Shown here piece after piece: positions 37,368 through 49,651 of a stretch of DNA of 64,000 bases (position 1 is its first letter; each line of letters opens with the position of its first letter). This DNA comes from Eledone cirrhosa (lineage: Eukaryota), in the NCBI GenBank assembly GCA_964016885.1, contig OZ024742.1:207266001-207330000 (forward strand). Direction: 5' to 3'. A program made the position numbers and the translations under genes. The notes below the pieces were generated by a model, which saw only the letters and a list, made by a program, of their open reading frames with translations, was not told the origin of the DNA and ran no database searches.

Positions 37368-37370
<3 letters not shown>

Positions 37371-37407
<37 letters not shown>

Positions 37408-37431
37408 TACATATATATATACACACAGATT

Positions 37432-37465
<34 letters not shown>

Positions 37466-37524
37466 TGATATATATGTGTGTATGTATGCATATATATATA
37501 TATATATGTGTGTGTGTATGTTTG

Positions 37525-37563
<39 letters not shown>

Positions 37564-37601
37564 ATGTATATATATATACATATATTTTTATGTGTATATT
37601 T

Positions 37602-37635
<34 letters not shown>

Positions 37636-37770
37636 ATGTGTGTGTATAAGTGTTTGAATATGTATATATATATATGTATATATGTATATGTGTATATATA
37701 TGTGTGTGTATATGTATATATATATATATAAGTATATATGTATATATATGTGTGTGTGTGTGTGTGTGTG
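37371..37770. repeat. Compound (TA)n/(TG)n microsatellite
   Basis: Direct reading. Confidence 0.95.
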
Positions 37771-37864
37771 AATGTAGCGAAGATAATACGTCAGCAATGA
37801 TGTGTTCGTCAGAATATCGTTATGCAGACATTCAGGCATACAGACAGATTTTTATAAGGGCTAG

Positions 37865-38000
37865 CATAGTTACGTCCCTTTACGTTCTGATTTCAAATCC
37901 CGCCGAGGTTAACTTTGCCTTTTACCCTTACGGGGTCGATAAAATAAAGTGCCAGTAATGTACTGGGTAATTGCTAGCCTTGTGCCAAAAGTAGAAACCA
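37865..38000 (+). mobile_element. SINE (same family as 15880)
   Basis: ttcaaatcccgccgaggttaactttgcc...ggggtcgataaaataaag..gccttgtgcc. Confidence 0.78.
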
Positions 38001-38255
38001 TCATAAGGGCTCGACAGAGATGTCTATTCGGCGCCTATAACCCCTTTAACAACAGAAAATTGAAAAATAAAAACTGCAGTTAATATCTTTAGCCCGCAAG
38101 GAATATATAAATGTAAGTTTGAAGTCAATCGGAGTAGAAATGTGGATTTGTATAGACTTTGCAAAAATGAGGACACACACACAGACAACAACAGTTTTAT
38201 ATATATAGATATATATAACGTGTAAACTACTACATACACACACACACACACATAT

Positions 38256-38335
<80 letters not shown>

Positions 38336-38604
38336 CTGTGCAGTGCATTCACAGCTTACAACGATTAGGATACCCTGTTGTTATTATTGCTATATTACAA
38401 ATGTCACAACGGATTCTCTTCAACATGGTTCCTTAGTGATAGAAAATAAAGGCCTCATTTACTGCTCCCTTCAGGTTGTCTTTACTTAACTACTGCCTCC
38501 TTTTTGTTTATTCATGTCATTTCTGCCATGAAATATCAACAAGTTAAAATATCTTTTTATCTAGTAATAGTTGCTACATTTATTTTTGTATGTCTGTGTG
38601 TGGT

Positions 38605-38677
<73 letters not shown>

Positions 38678-41029
38678 TTGTATGTATATACACACACAAA
38701 CGCGCGCGTACGCACTCACACACAAAGACACAGACACACATACAGTTATAGATATATGCACGTATATTACATGCTTACATTCACACCACAGAACTTTGTA
38801 AATGCTTTTTCATGTACGATGAAAACACAACTATACACCATTTTAAATGCATGGATGTATGCACACATACACAAGCAGGCACCTAAACACACTCACACAT
38901 ACATGTATATATCTATATATGCATGCATATACATAGACTCAGTGACAAGTGACATTTACTTTGTATATACTTTAAGATTTTATTAAGTTATAAAACATTA
39001 GCGTAGAATATACTGCATTAAAGAGTCTTTGGTTGAGAACAGTATCTACAACATTATACAAACCCTACTATGCTCTTGCATTAGGTGTAAAACGTATACT
39101 AAGAATCGCTGCCAACTGAATCCCACACCAAAAGGCTTCTTCTGGCCTAGTCCACACCAAGTGTATAAGGTGTACAACTACATTCTCAGAGTGATATATT
39201 GATATATGCCGCATTTTTTGTTTTATTTTCACCTTGCTCAAATCACTCCATGTTTCACGCCCCACCCCAGTTTCAGCTAAATGCGAATAAAACTATATTT
39301 AGTCTCACTGCAAATATAGACCTTGTTGGGTAGAGAGTTTGTCTTTTCGTAGCTTATTAGTTTCATTGTCACTACGACTCTCTGGTAATTGGTTCCCACC
39401 TTTCTAAAGGCTCGTCAATCTATACATTCGACATGTTAGAAGAAACAGTTAAATTTCCCTCAAACTATAACTTACAATATTAAAAAAGAACACTTAGTAA
39501 ACATACTGCTATCGGCAGACTGTCAGAAATATATAGGGAATTGTCATCATTTATCAGCCCACCATGGCTGACCTGGGCTTAAACAACGACAACAACAACT
39601 GAACTGCAGATAATAACTGCCCAGTAGGGCGATTTGTCGGAAACTATCTTCATATAAAATAGAGGCTGTTCATTGTAATTAGTCAGTGAGGAAGCCTTTT
39701 CGATAAAAATAACAATAATCGGTTTATACCATTGTTGATAACATTGTTATCTCTTCAGCTACCAGTACCGATATTTTTTCAGGGTGTATTGTAGAAGAAC
39801 CTAGTAAGTTGCGAACATTCCAGCACCTTCAAAGGCTTAAACTTGAAATTTCTCGCAGTAGCAGGACGACGACTGGGCCCAGGCTGCAGTGCCTTGGGAC
39901 ACACTTTGGATGGCCGTTGACTGTCCTGAGTAACACAACTCTTTGACGGGTTTTGTTTTTTTATGCCGCAGGGTGTCCAAAATCACCATCCTCACAGACG
40001 ATCCGACCATGCACCAGTTGCACTGGGTTATATACTACTAGTAGCATACATATGTACATATATTCACTGACCATTTGTACATATATACAGTGACCATAGA
40101 TATGTACATATATAAATACATAAATACATACTTATACGCATACTTACATTCATACATAAATACATAATACATACATAAATGCATACATACATAAAACTTA
40201 TATAAATAGATACACACATACATACTTATATACATACTTATATACATACTTATATACATTCATACATACACACATACATACATACACATATGCATACATG
40301 CATACACACACATTACGTGAGCTAAACTTAGAGCTTTCAATTCCATATAGTATGTGAAAATACTTGTTTGAATCCCCTCCACCATCAACTTACCCATCAT
40401 AATTGTTGCTATTGTGGTTGATAATTACTTTTTTTTCCATTAGTCATAATTCTTGTTGTGGTTGATATTGTTGATTCCGATACTCTTCTGCACGGCACTG
40501 CCAAGTTCAATCACAATCACTGGGCCAAATTATGACATACTAAGTTTCCTTCTAAATTGCTACGCTATTTATTTTTATTATTTTCTTAACACGTTATTAT
40601 TTCAGCCCATCCGCCTATCTGCCTCAAACCAATCATTGCTCCACACCAACTGACCAATATTTATTTACGTCTAATTCTCCATTCAAGGGTATATTAGTGC
40701 TCAAAACTTAAAGTTAAGGTGTAATCTTTCAGAATTCTTCAGAAAAAGCCCCTCCGTCTAAAGCAGTCAAATCGCTTTTTGTTTTGGCTTTGTTTTGTAT
40801 TTTTTCTTTAAATTGCGTAGTCAGAGGGAAAAGGTGGGGGCATGTGTCACTTTCCATGGCATTCCGAGACTGATAGAAGGAAGGGAGGAAGCTGCGCTTA
40901 AAAATAGAACCTGACCCGAATGTTTGCAATATAATATTCTATCATTTTGTATAAAACCAGCCAGGTACCAGTGGTCAAGTTAAATTAGGCAAAGGATTAA
41001 ATTTATAGCTAAAGTAAAGGAATCTTTCT

Positions 41030-41190
41030 TCGGGTGAGCTTCCACACAGTTTCCGTCTACCAAATTTTACTGAAAGGGCTTTGGTCAATCTGGGTCTATG
41101 ACAGAAGATAATTGCCCAAGTTTCCTCACCATGGGATCGAGCTAGAAAGTATGCATCTGCGAAGGGACCTCCTTAACCAAATAATCATAT
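41030..41190 (-). mobile_element. SINE (third family, decayed); related copy at ~46050-46350
   Basis: gtttccgtctaccaaatt..ggctttggtc..agaagataattgcccaag pattern shared between the two sites. Confidence 0.55.
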
Positions 41191-42418
41191 TTGCGCCCTA
41201 TGTGAAGGGCTTTGGTAACTAAAGCCTTAGCACTCGTATTTTTACATAACCTCGTATATCACGTGACACTGGACTATAAAGTATTCATGTATTGAATTGT
41301 TTTTTTTTCTTTTTGCTATAATATATAGTTTATAGGCAGTGATTTGGCAAACACGTTAGAACATCGGATTAAATATCTTGCGATATGTCTTCCAACTGTG
41401 TTCTGATGTCAAATCCCACCAAGGTAAATTTTGCCTTTCAGCCATGGAGGTAGACTGACTAGTTTTCTAGTTCATGTTGTTTAGTGGCATTTGTTCTAGC
41501 TCTCTCCGTTTTGAATTCTACCCGCTACCATCAGAAAAATACAAGCATGAAAGGGCTCAAATTGAATTGAAGGAATGATGACTGGATTTTAGTAACTTGG
41601 TTAATGTGACTGAAGTACATGAATTTTGTAAAGCAAGGGAACACAAGTAGACTCAGGATATACGAGTTAAATACCTTATATTAAAGATATAAATTTGCCA
41701 CATAGAAATATATGGTTACTAGATCGTAGGCTAAGAGTTCAAATCGATTCTAGTTGTTTTGCTTAATTTCAACAAGCTTTCAAAAAACTTTCAAGAATTT
41801 TATCTGGTATACATTGAGATAAGTTTGAAATGTAGGTTTATTTCCTATATTCCTCACATCATAAAATTAGGACAAGGCATAATGATTTTATTTATGAGCC
41901 ATTTTAAGTTGTGGGTGCTCTTTATTTACATTTCTTATTTACATTTATTATTCCTTATATTTTGATTAAATCAAAATAATGTGACTGCCATATCGCTTTA
42001 AGGGTCTCGTTTCATATCCCGCTACAAACATTGATTTATGTACATAGTAAAGGCTGCTACCTCTCCTTGGCTCATGCTTCAAGCTAAAATTATAAATAAC
42101 CCAACTACAGAAATAGGTTGTTTCCCGTAGGTTGAATTTATTTCCCAGTTGACATCAGTTGTTTACTGCCCATGTATGTCTGATGCTCTTGAGAAAAGAT
42201 TTACTGTTACATTTTCTCATTCTATGCCAATGCAAATTTTTGGTCTTGTGACACAAATAAGAAGTTAATAAATTAGTAAATGAAGAAGTGCAATAGCTAT
42301 ACGATATCAAGAGTTCAATACTCACACAAGCTGGCGCCCACACATTTAGACACATGTAGATCCACAATATACACATGTACACACTCACACATTCCATATA
42401 GGAAGTACTATCCTTCAC

Positions 42419-42544
42419 CTTCAGCATTATCCTCAACTTAGAATGACATTTTGAATTTTTGTTATCTGCAAGACACGGATATGGCGTGGCACAGGAGAGA
42501 CAAGTCAGTAAGAGAAGAAACAACACACGAAACAAAAACTTCAT
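42419..42544 (-). CDS. Possible first coding exon of a secreted or membrane protein (signal peptide)
   Basis: MKFLFRVLFLLLLTCLSCATPYPCLADNKNSKCHSKLRIMLK followed by AAG|GTGAAG donor-like site, in non-repetitive DNA; no downstream exon identified. Confidence 0.3.
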
Positions 42545-43085
42545 CCCAAGCTTTAACCTTTGAACGGAAAAAAACTTCCTTCCTGCATACAATTTTAAGA
42601 TAGGTCAAATACAAAAAACAAACAAACAAACAAAAACAAACTTGTAGGAAATAGGCAGCCGAGTTTCGTTGATCCATACATTTTCACAGGTACCGTCACA
42701 TTTCTTGCTACTAGATGCACATTCAACCCCAAACGTTTCGGCTTGAATTTGTTTGGGAGGTGATTTGATGTTGAAATAAACATGGTTGTATTTTGAGAAG
42801 GCCATACTACAGGTTGTAGTTCATTTCTTTCTTTACAGTTAATCTATAAATTCAACAGAATAGTTAACAATAAAGAAGTGAACAAAACAGCGTTTTTATT
42901 AGTACTAAGACCCCCTAATAAGTAACAATATCCCTTCAAAATGATGATGATGACATCTCACTGCTTGGTCTTATTCTGATTGAGGATGATAGTGATGAAA
43001 ATGTTACAGCTGCTGCATTTCTTTAGAGTTCCTGCTCGTTTTATTGGCTTTGCTGCTTCTGAGGTTCTTAGTCTTGTTACTATTG

Positions 43086-43280
43086 CAGACCTGTCAACTC
43101 TCTCCGTCCGACGGGGAGATCTCCCACCCACTTTGGAGTAGGTGAGAGATGTCTTCTCTTGTGAAAATGGGTATAGCTTTCATTATCTAAAATCTCCCCA
43201 TTTTGCCTCATTTCTTCTCGTTTTGGGGCACTGTTTTACATGGTACTCTCCTTTTGGATTTTTAGAGTTTGGCAGGTCAG
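43086..43280. mobile_element. MITE with 6-bp TSD (hAT subgroup-like)
   Basis: TIR CAGACCTGTCAACTCT / AGAGTTTGGCAGGTCAG; CTATTG duplicated at 43080-43085 and 43281-43286. Confidence 0.65.
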
Positions 43281-44158
43281 CTATTGCTGTTACCTTGTTG
43301 TAGCTATTATTGATGTTGTTGCTCCTGCTGATTATGATGTTTATGATAATGATGATGGACTGGATCAGGATGTTCTCATTGTTTTATTTGAAGATGATGT
43401 TGCTTCTGTAGTTATTATTCGTATCTAACCTCGGCCAGCTCTGTTTTAAAAGACACAACTTTATAGCCTCGATTTAAGTGATTAAATATTTGGAAATAGC
43501 CAATAAGATGAAGTATACTGAAATGTTTTATGCGCCAGAGTCTGGCCTGAGAATCTTTCCGCGACTCCAACACCTCACGCTACGTCCGATGACAGCTATG
43601 GTGGTAGGAAGAGAGAGGACTAGGAGAATGTTGTTGATTAATAGATCTGTAACGTACAAGTAGCTGGCTGAAATAAAGCTTTTGATTGTTGCTTCTGTTC
43701 ATTGCCACGTTTTAACAGAATGTCCTTAGATTTCCATTTCGACTCAACACTTCAATTCTATTTTATCTCTCCTTATCCTTCTGATTCGCATCGAACCCTT
43801 TCTCACCAAAACTGCAACCTTCTGAAATTTGCCTCTTTTTCTCTCTCACAGTACCATCGCTCCCTCTCTCTCTACCCCTCTTTCTATCTCTCTCCAATTC
43901 TCTCTCTCCACCTCCCTCTCACTTTCCCCCTCTCTTCCATGTTTTCTTGATTAGTTTAACTAATAGAATCTGAAGCTGAATGCCAACTATGTTAATCTGC
44001 AATTGCCATGGATATGTCCCCTCTTCTTCAGACAAAAAGAAAAAAAAGATAATAAAAACAGAAAAGAAAAAAGGGGTTACAAAAATTAAAGCATATGAAT
44101 TCCAAATAAAAAAAAGGTTGTAGAGATTATTAAGCCAATTTTATACATACACACACAC

Positions 44159-44308
44159 GTGGAACGTGTTGCTTGTCAGTTAGTCTGTTGCTTTTGCAAG
44201 CAGAGTGATGTTTTCTGCTTCAAGGCACAACTCTTTGTGTTGCGGTTTGAAGAAATATATTTTTAGCCAGCATAGAATCCATGACGTTCCTGAGATTGTC
44301 ACGTAGGC

Positions 44309-44310
<2 letters not shown>
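44159..44310. repeat. ~150-180-bp dispersed repeat; second copy at 45567-45745
   Basis: gtggaacgtgttg.ttgtcagttagtctgttgc..ttgcaagcagagt...agaatccatgac.ttcctgagattgt; both copies followed by (CA)n-type tracts. Confidence 0.8.
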
Positions 44311-44394
<84 letters not shown>

Positions 44395-45069
44395 CACACA
44401 CGTATACGTATTTACATATACATATATATATATATCCATAACAACACGCACGGACCAACAACTATCACACGTACGGACTAACAACTAACACACACACTCT
44501 CATAAACTTATATACACACACATATCCTCACAGTTTCGTACTTACAAGAAAACACACACACATGCGCGTACACTGACACGTGCGCGCACACTCTCACGCA
44601 CACACTCACATAAACTTATGTATCCACGCACACATCCTCTTAGCTTCATACGGACGAATAACAAACACACACATACACGCACTGGTACACTATACACAAA
44701 ATGATTTGATTTGATTTTCAGCTAGATGCGTTCGATCACCGCCTTTTGAAACAAAATCATATCCTACAACAACGACAGAATCAATAGTTTTCCAAGACTT
44801 GAATGGACCTGTTATTTCTTAAGAAATTTCTTGTTTCCGTTTCTGCCACCTCGTTCATACTTATTAATATTACTCTCTGCTTAGTACCAACCCGAAGTAC
44901 ATACTAGAAACTACGCATCGAGTGCTCACATTGGTAAACCAACAGTAACTTGAAGTTACACTCCATAAACTATCTATATATACATATATATGTATATATT
45001 TTTGTATGTGTGTGAGTTCTCTACTCACAGACAACATCTGATATATATATATATATGTGTGTGTGTGCT

Positions 45070-45320
45070 ACAAAAAAGAACTGGCAGGACTACATGGGGG
45101 TGATGTAGATATTTTCAGGAAGCATCTCGACATTTTGCTGTCTAATATGTCAGATGAGCCCACATCGTGCCAAGAAACACAAATAAGAGCGACAGCGTCA
45201 AAATCCCTCATGCATCATTGGCCAACCAAGGAATGGCGTCTATATTAAATGTAGCAGCATTGGCTGAGCCCCAGCACGGCCCTAACCCGTCTGCGGGAGT
45301 AGGTAAAAAAGTAAAAGAGT
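45070..45320 (+). mobile_element. LINE extreme 3' fragment (CR1/L2 group)
   Basis: ELAGLHGGDVDIFRKHLDILLSNMSDEP..RATASKSLMH resembles the 'FK..LD.FL..VPDEP...RAA.SNSL' LINE tail. Confidence 0.55.
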
Positions 45321-45877
45321 AATACTTTTACACAACTCTACATACACATACATTATCTCCTTTACACATACACCCATGCATATACACATATCTATCTAAA
45401 CACACACACAAAATTCCTTTTGCATTTTCACTGGTTTACAGCAATTATTCATTGCTAATACATGTGAGATGGATTTTACAAATGTTGATATTTGCCTACT
45501 GCTAGGGCAATTATTTTTGTGGCTGGCACTCTCTCTGCAGCTAATTACTCAACCATGAGGAAGGAGTGGAACGTGTTGTTTGTCAGTTAGTCTGTTGCTG
45601 TTGCAAGCAGAGTTAAGTTCTCTGCCCCGAAGCCCAAACCAGATAATGGTTGTGTTGCGGTTTGAAGATTGAAGAAATATATTTTTAGCTAACCAATACC
45701 TAAGCTTAGAATCCATGACCTTCCTGAGATTGTGTCCCATAGGCAAAGACAGACAGACAGACAGACACACACACACACACATATACACATTCACATACAT
45801 ACGCATACACACACATACACACACACATGCATAAACACACACTCATACCCACATTCACACACATACATTCAAATATA

Positions 45878-45978
45878 CAGGGTATCCCTAAAAAATGTAT
45901 ACACACTTTGATTACCTGTACAGACAATATTTATTAGAATACTGTTGAAGTGTGTATACATTTTTGGGGGACACCTTG
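45878..45978. mobile_element. Tc1/mariner-type MITE (~100 bp)
   Basis: TA|CAGGGTATCCCTAAAAAATGTATACACACTT ... AAGTGTGTATACATTTTTTGGGGGACACCTTG inverted ends. Confidence 0.7.
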
Positions 45979-46516
45979 TGTATATATATGCTTGTGGATG
46001 TGTCTGACTATGTATATATGATAATGGTGAACGCTCCACCGTGAACCACGTATGAGCTTCCAGTTGTTTGATCATCTGATCAATATCCTCATTGAATTAG
46101 CGTGCAAAATGGCTGAGAATTCCACAGGCACGTTTAATTCTCAAGTGGAATTGGTGTGATTGACTATAACAAGGATGTACGTTTCAATTACAAGTCCAGT
46201 TCATTCGACAGTCTTCCATGTAGTTTCTGTTTTGTCTAACCAAGTTTACTCAAAGAGCATGGGTCCCGAATCGAAGATATGGTAAAGAGATTTCCCAAGA
46301 TGCCACGCATTAAGTTCAAACCCGAGACTTATGATTGCGTGTTTTATACAAACACGCAGTAACAGCCATAGCAGATGCGATAAACAGAGGTATCAAGTAT
46401 TCAACAATGGGACTGGCTCTTCTTTATTAGTTGATGTCATTTCCATAACGGCAGTTAATGTACAGATACATACATAGTCATGTAGTAATGCTTCTCTCTT
46501 TTTCTATCTATCAGTC

Positions 46517-46560
<44 letters not shown>

Positions 46561-48419
46561 ATTTACAAGACAGGAGCGCGGAGTTGATAATAATAAACCT
46601 ATACACCAAATCTACATAAACAAAACCCAGCATAAAAATACATTCACTCGCCGACAAAACAACTTATTGATGCTGAAGATGTCGGTTCCATCTCTTCGAT
46701 TTAATGGTTTTGTTCATACGCTAATAACAATCATTGTATAAATGTAATCTTGTGGTTTTAGTTGTTACATTGAACGTCACCCATTTGGAATAGTTCACCC
46801 TTCTTCATGGTTTTACCTTACATCATTGAGCTACAGTTGAGAACCTTAACTGCATCGATCCCTTCTGTTATAGAGGTCCTGAGAATGTTTGGGAAAACCC
46901 TTCTTTCTGACCAAATCATTGAAAAAGTTAAAATTCCTTCATAATTTCACGTAAGAATCTGATTTAATATTGCGCTCCAAAGACCAATATTAATATTGGA
47001 ATATATTGATATATCAATAAATATAACTTATAGCTATTCTACTAAACCCATCTCTAAATTCTGGTTACTTCAAAAGTAATTAAAACATGAACATTATTGA
47101 TTATTGTTAGAAACAGAGTCATAAAAAAGTTTTAAAGGGGTAGAAAGTATGTGGTGGGTAGTAAACTTGGCGCATTAAGAAGATTGACTGACTATCTTTC
47201 TGTGATGGATAATTGTATTAGTGGAACCGTTAGTTGTTATACTATTGGCGGTAATGATGTGGTGGTGGTTATGGCACAGGTGGTGGAAGGACAAAAGTAG
47301 TATAGACAGTAGTGATGGTTCTTTTGTATATTTTTGTTATTGGTGGTGGTTAGTTAAATAGGTGGCAGCTGCAAAATCGAGGTAATGATGAGAATTACCA
47401 TATTAGGTGCATAGATGCAAGTAATGGGAGTGATAGTGGGAGGTGGTGACTGTAATAGTGGTGGTGGTGGATATAAATAAAGGTAAGAACATTGTGACTA
47501 TAACCTCATAATGTGATCTGTCATAACTTATACAATTTTGTATTTAACAAACGATGTATATTGCAGGTAAGAGAAGATGATGGCTTTTGATGCTAATAAT
47601 CCAAATAGTGGTGCTGGCATTAGGGATTTTGGCTCTGATGGTGGTTGTGGTGGTAGTGTACAATAACTTCGGCTAAAACACCAAGTAAACAACAACAAAA
47701 CAAAGCAGCAGCAGCAACAACAACAAAACAAAGCAGCAGCAGCAACAACAACAGCAGCAGTAAAAACAAAAACAACAACAACAATAATGACAATAATAAT
47801 TTTCTACAGCGGCTCAAGTTTACCCTTTTGGTGGGAGAAGTGTACCATCAACTCCAGTATTCGACTGTTAATAATTATTTTATGAGACTTAGAATAACGA
47901 AAGTCCAGGTTAACTCTGCTGGGAATTATAACACAGGGTGTAACAGGACATAACTATATACGGCAAAGCAATATTTTAATTGTAGCGCAATTGATTTTTG
48001 CCATTTACTGCCTTCCTATCATTTAATGGATGTCACACGGCCAGAAAAGTATAGAGAAATGGTATATAATCAAGAAAAGTATCTACATTACACCACGATT
48101 ATATTTTATTAACTTCCAATCAATAATTATGATTTCTAATCTTAGAGGAGTGAAATTATATAGTATAAATCACATAATGTAACAAATCAGCCATGTCTTA
48201 ACTAACAAGAAAAAGTATATACGATCGCTTGATCTGCAAGAATTAACGGCCAAATCTCCCTTTAATCACACCCTTCATAAACAAGCAATGATTTCTTAGA
48301 TCCTTCGAAGTAGCCTCTACGCGGCCATTTGACCTACTATGGCACAAGTTCCCTTACCGCCTTGAGAGTTGGAGGCATGATTAGATAATGTAGTAAATAT
48401 ACAATATATTACTGGGGCA

Positions 48420-48570
48420 TCATATTTAGAGTTCAAATCTAGCCGAGCTTAGCTCTGTCTTTCATCCTTACGCGTTCGATAAAATAAAGTACCAGTAAGT
48501 ACTAGGGTCGATTTAATCGACTTACCCCTCTCCTTTAAATTGTTGGCCTTGTGCCACAAGTAGAAACAAT
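48420..48570 (+). mobile_element. SINE (same family as 15880); further decayed minus-strand copies at ~47800-47990 and ~49930-50080
   Basis: gagttcaaatctagccgag...tcgataaaataaagtaccagt...ggccttgtgcc..gtagaaac. Confidence 0.75.
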
Positions 48571-48704
48571 TATATTTTGTAGTATATTATAGATATGAAA
48601 TAACCAAAAGAAGGACGGGATGATCATGTGTGTACAGATGGGAAGTATTCAATCAGAGGTCTATTCAGTTCGAGTTGGCTTTAAGCTAAATAACAGCAAC
48701 ATAG

Positions 48705-48708
<4 letters not shown>

Positions 48709-48783
<75 letters not shown>

Positions 48784-48829
48784 AATATATATGTATAATA
48801 TATATATATATATGTATATATATGTATAA

Positions 48830-48913
<84 letters not shown>
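48709..48913. repeat. (TA)n microsatellite
   Basis: Direct reading. Confidence 0.97.
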
Positions 48914-48917
<4 letters not shown>

Positions 48918-49135
48918 ACCGAGTAGGACCCCGACGGCTGAGCTCAAGCCGTTTCGACGGCCAATTCTGGACCAAAAAAAAAACTTTTTTTTAAAAATTC
49001 CAGAATTAGTCGTCGAAACGGCTTGAGCTCAGCCGTCGGGGTCCTACTCGTTCCTGTTACCCACTCTACTACCCTAGGTATTGAATACTTTGGTGCGTTA
49101 TGGTCCATCTGGTTCCTAACCACATTTCCTTCGTT
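48914..49135 (+). mobile_element. Family A PLE terminal fragment with a 5' fold-back palindrome (arms ~48914-48971 and ~48999-49056)
   Basis: Inverted arms read directly; same sequence as 1791-1931; (TA)n flanks. Confidence 0.8.
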
Positions 49136-49228
49136 ATATATATATATATATATGTCGTATGGTTGCTAGGATGCGTTCATAGGCGGTATGCCGGTTGAGC
49201 ACTCTATGCTCCTTCGGAACAGAGTATG

Positions 49229-49389
49229 ATAAAATGGAAAACGGAGAATCAGTGATGCATCGGAACACAATTCATTACCTATTACAATTGTTTCTCCGGC
49301 GAACAGCTCGAGGTGCGATCTGTTTGTGGATCGAACCTGACAATAAATTGTGTTCCGATGCATCACTGATTCTCCGTTTTCCATTTTAT
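49229..49389. repeat. Perfect 44-bp inverted repeat with 73-bp spacer
   Basis: 49229-49272 is the reverse complement of 49346-49389; the spacer has minus-strand GAAAC-AATT-GTA. Confidence 0.85.
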
Positions 49390-49492
49390 ATATATATAAG
49401 TTATTCCGGGTTCAATCGGGGGTAACCACAGTAAGTAAGGTACTCAATACATAGCAGAGTATACATGTTCAATATAGAAAGTTACCAGAGTC

Positions 49493-49543
49493 AGCTTCCT
49501 GATGATTTCTCACGAATGAAAGAGTTCTAGTCCTGTAGAAGCT
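49493..49543 (+). ncRNA. Type I hammerhead with decayed stem III
   Basis: AGCTTC-CTGATGA-TTTCTCACGAAT-GAAA-GAGTTCTAGTCCT-GTA|GAAGCT; perfect 6-bp stem I. Confidence 0.62.
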
Positions 49544-49562
49544 TTTCTTTATTAAACACACA

Positions 49563-49651
<89 letters not shown>

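Larger units (their letters stand above)
36467..37370 (-). mobile_element. Retrozyme-like non-autonomous element: two ~313-bp direct repeats, each with a hammerhead, around a ~278-bp non-coding core
   Basis: 36467-36779 and 37058-37370 are offset by 591 bp with about 2 mismatches; no credible ORF; (TA)n on both flanks. Confidence 0.78.

Noticed and set aside
40729-40929. Short minus-strand ORF as a possible second exon for the 42.5-kb candidate
   Set aside because: No clear acceptor site or recognisable protein motif
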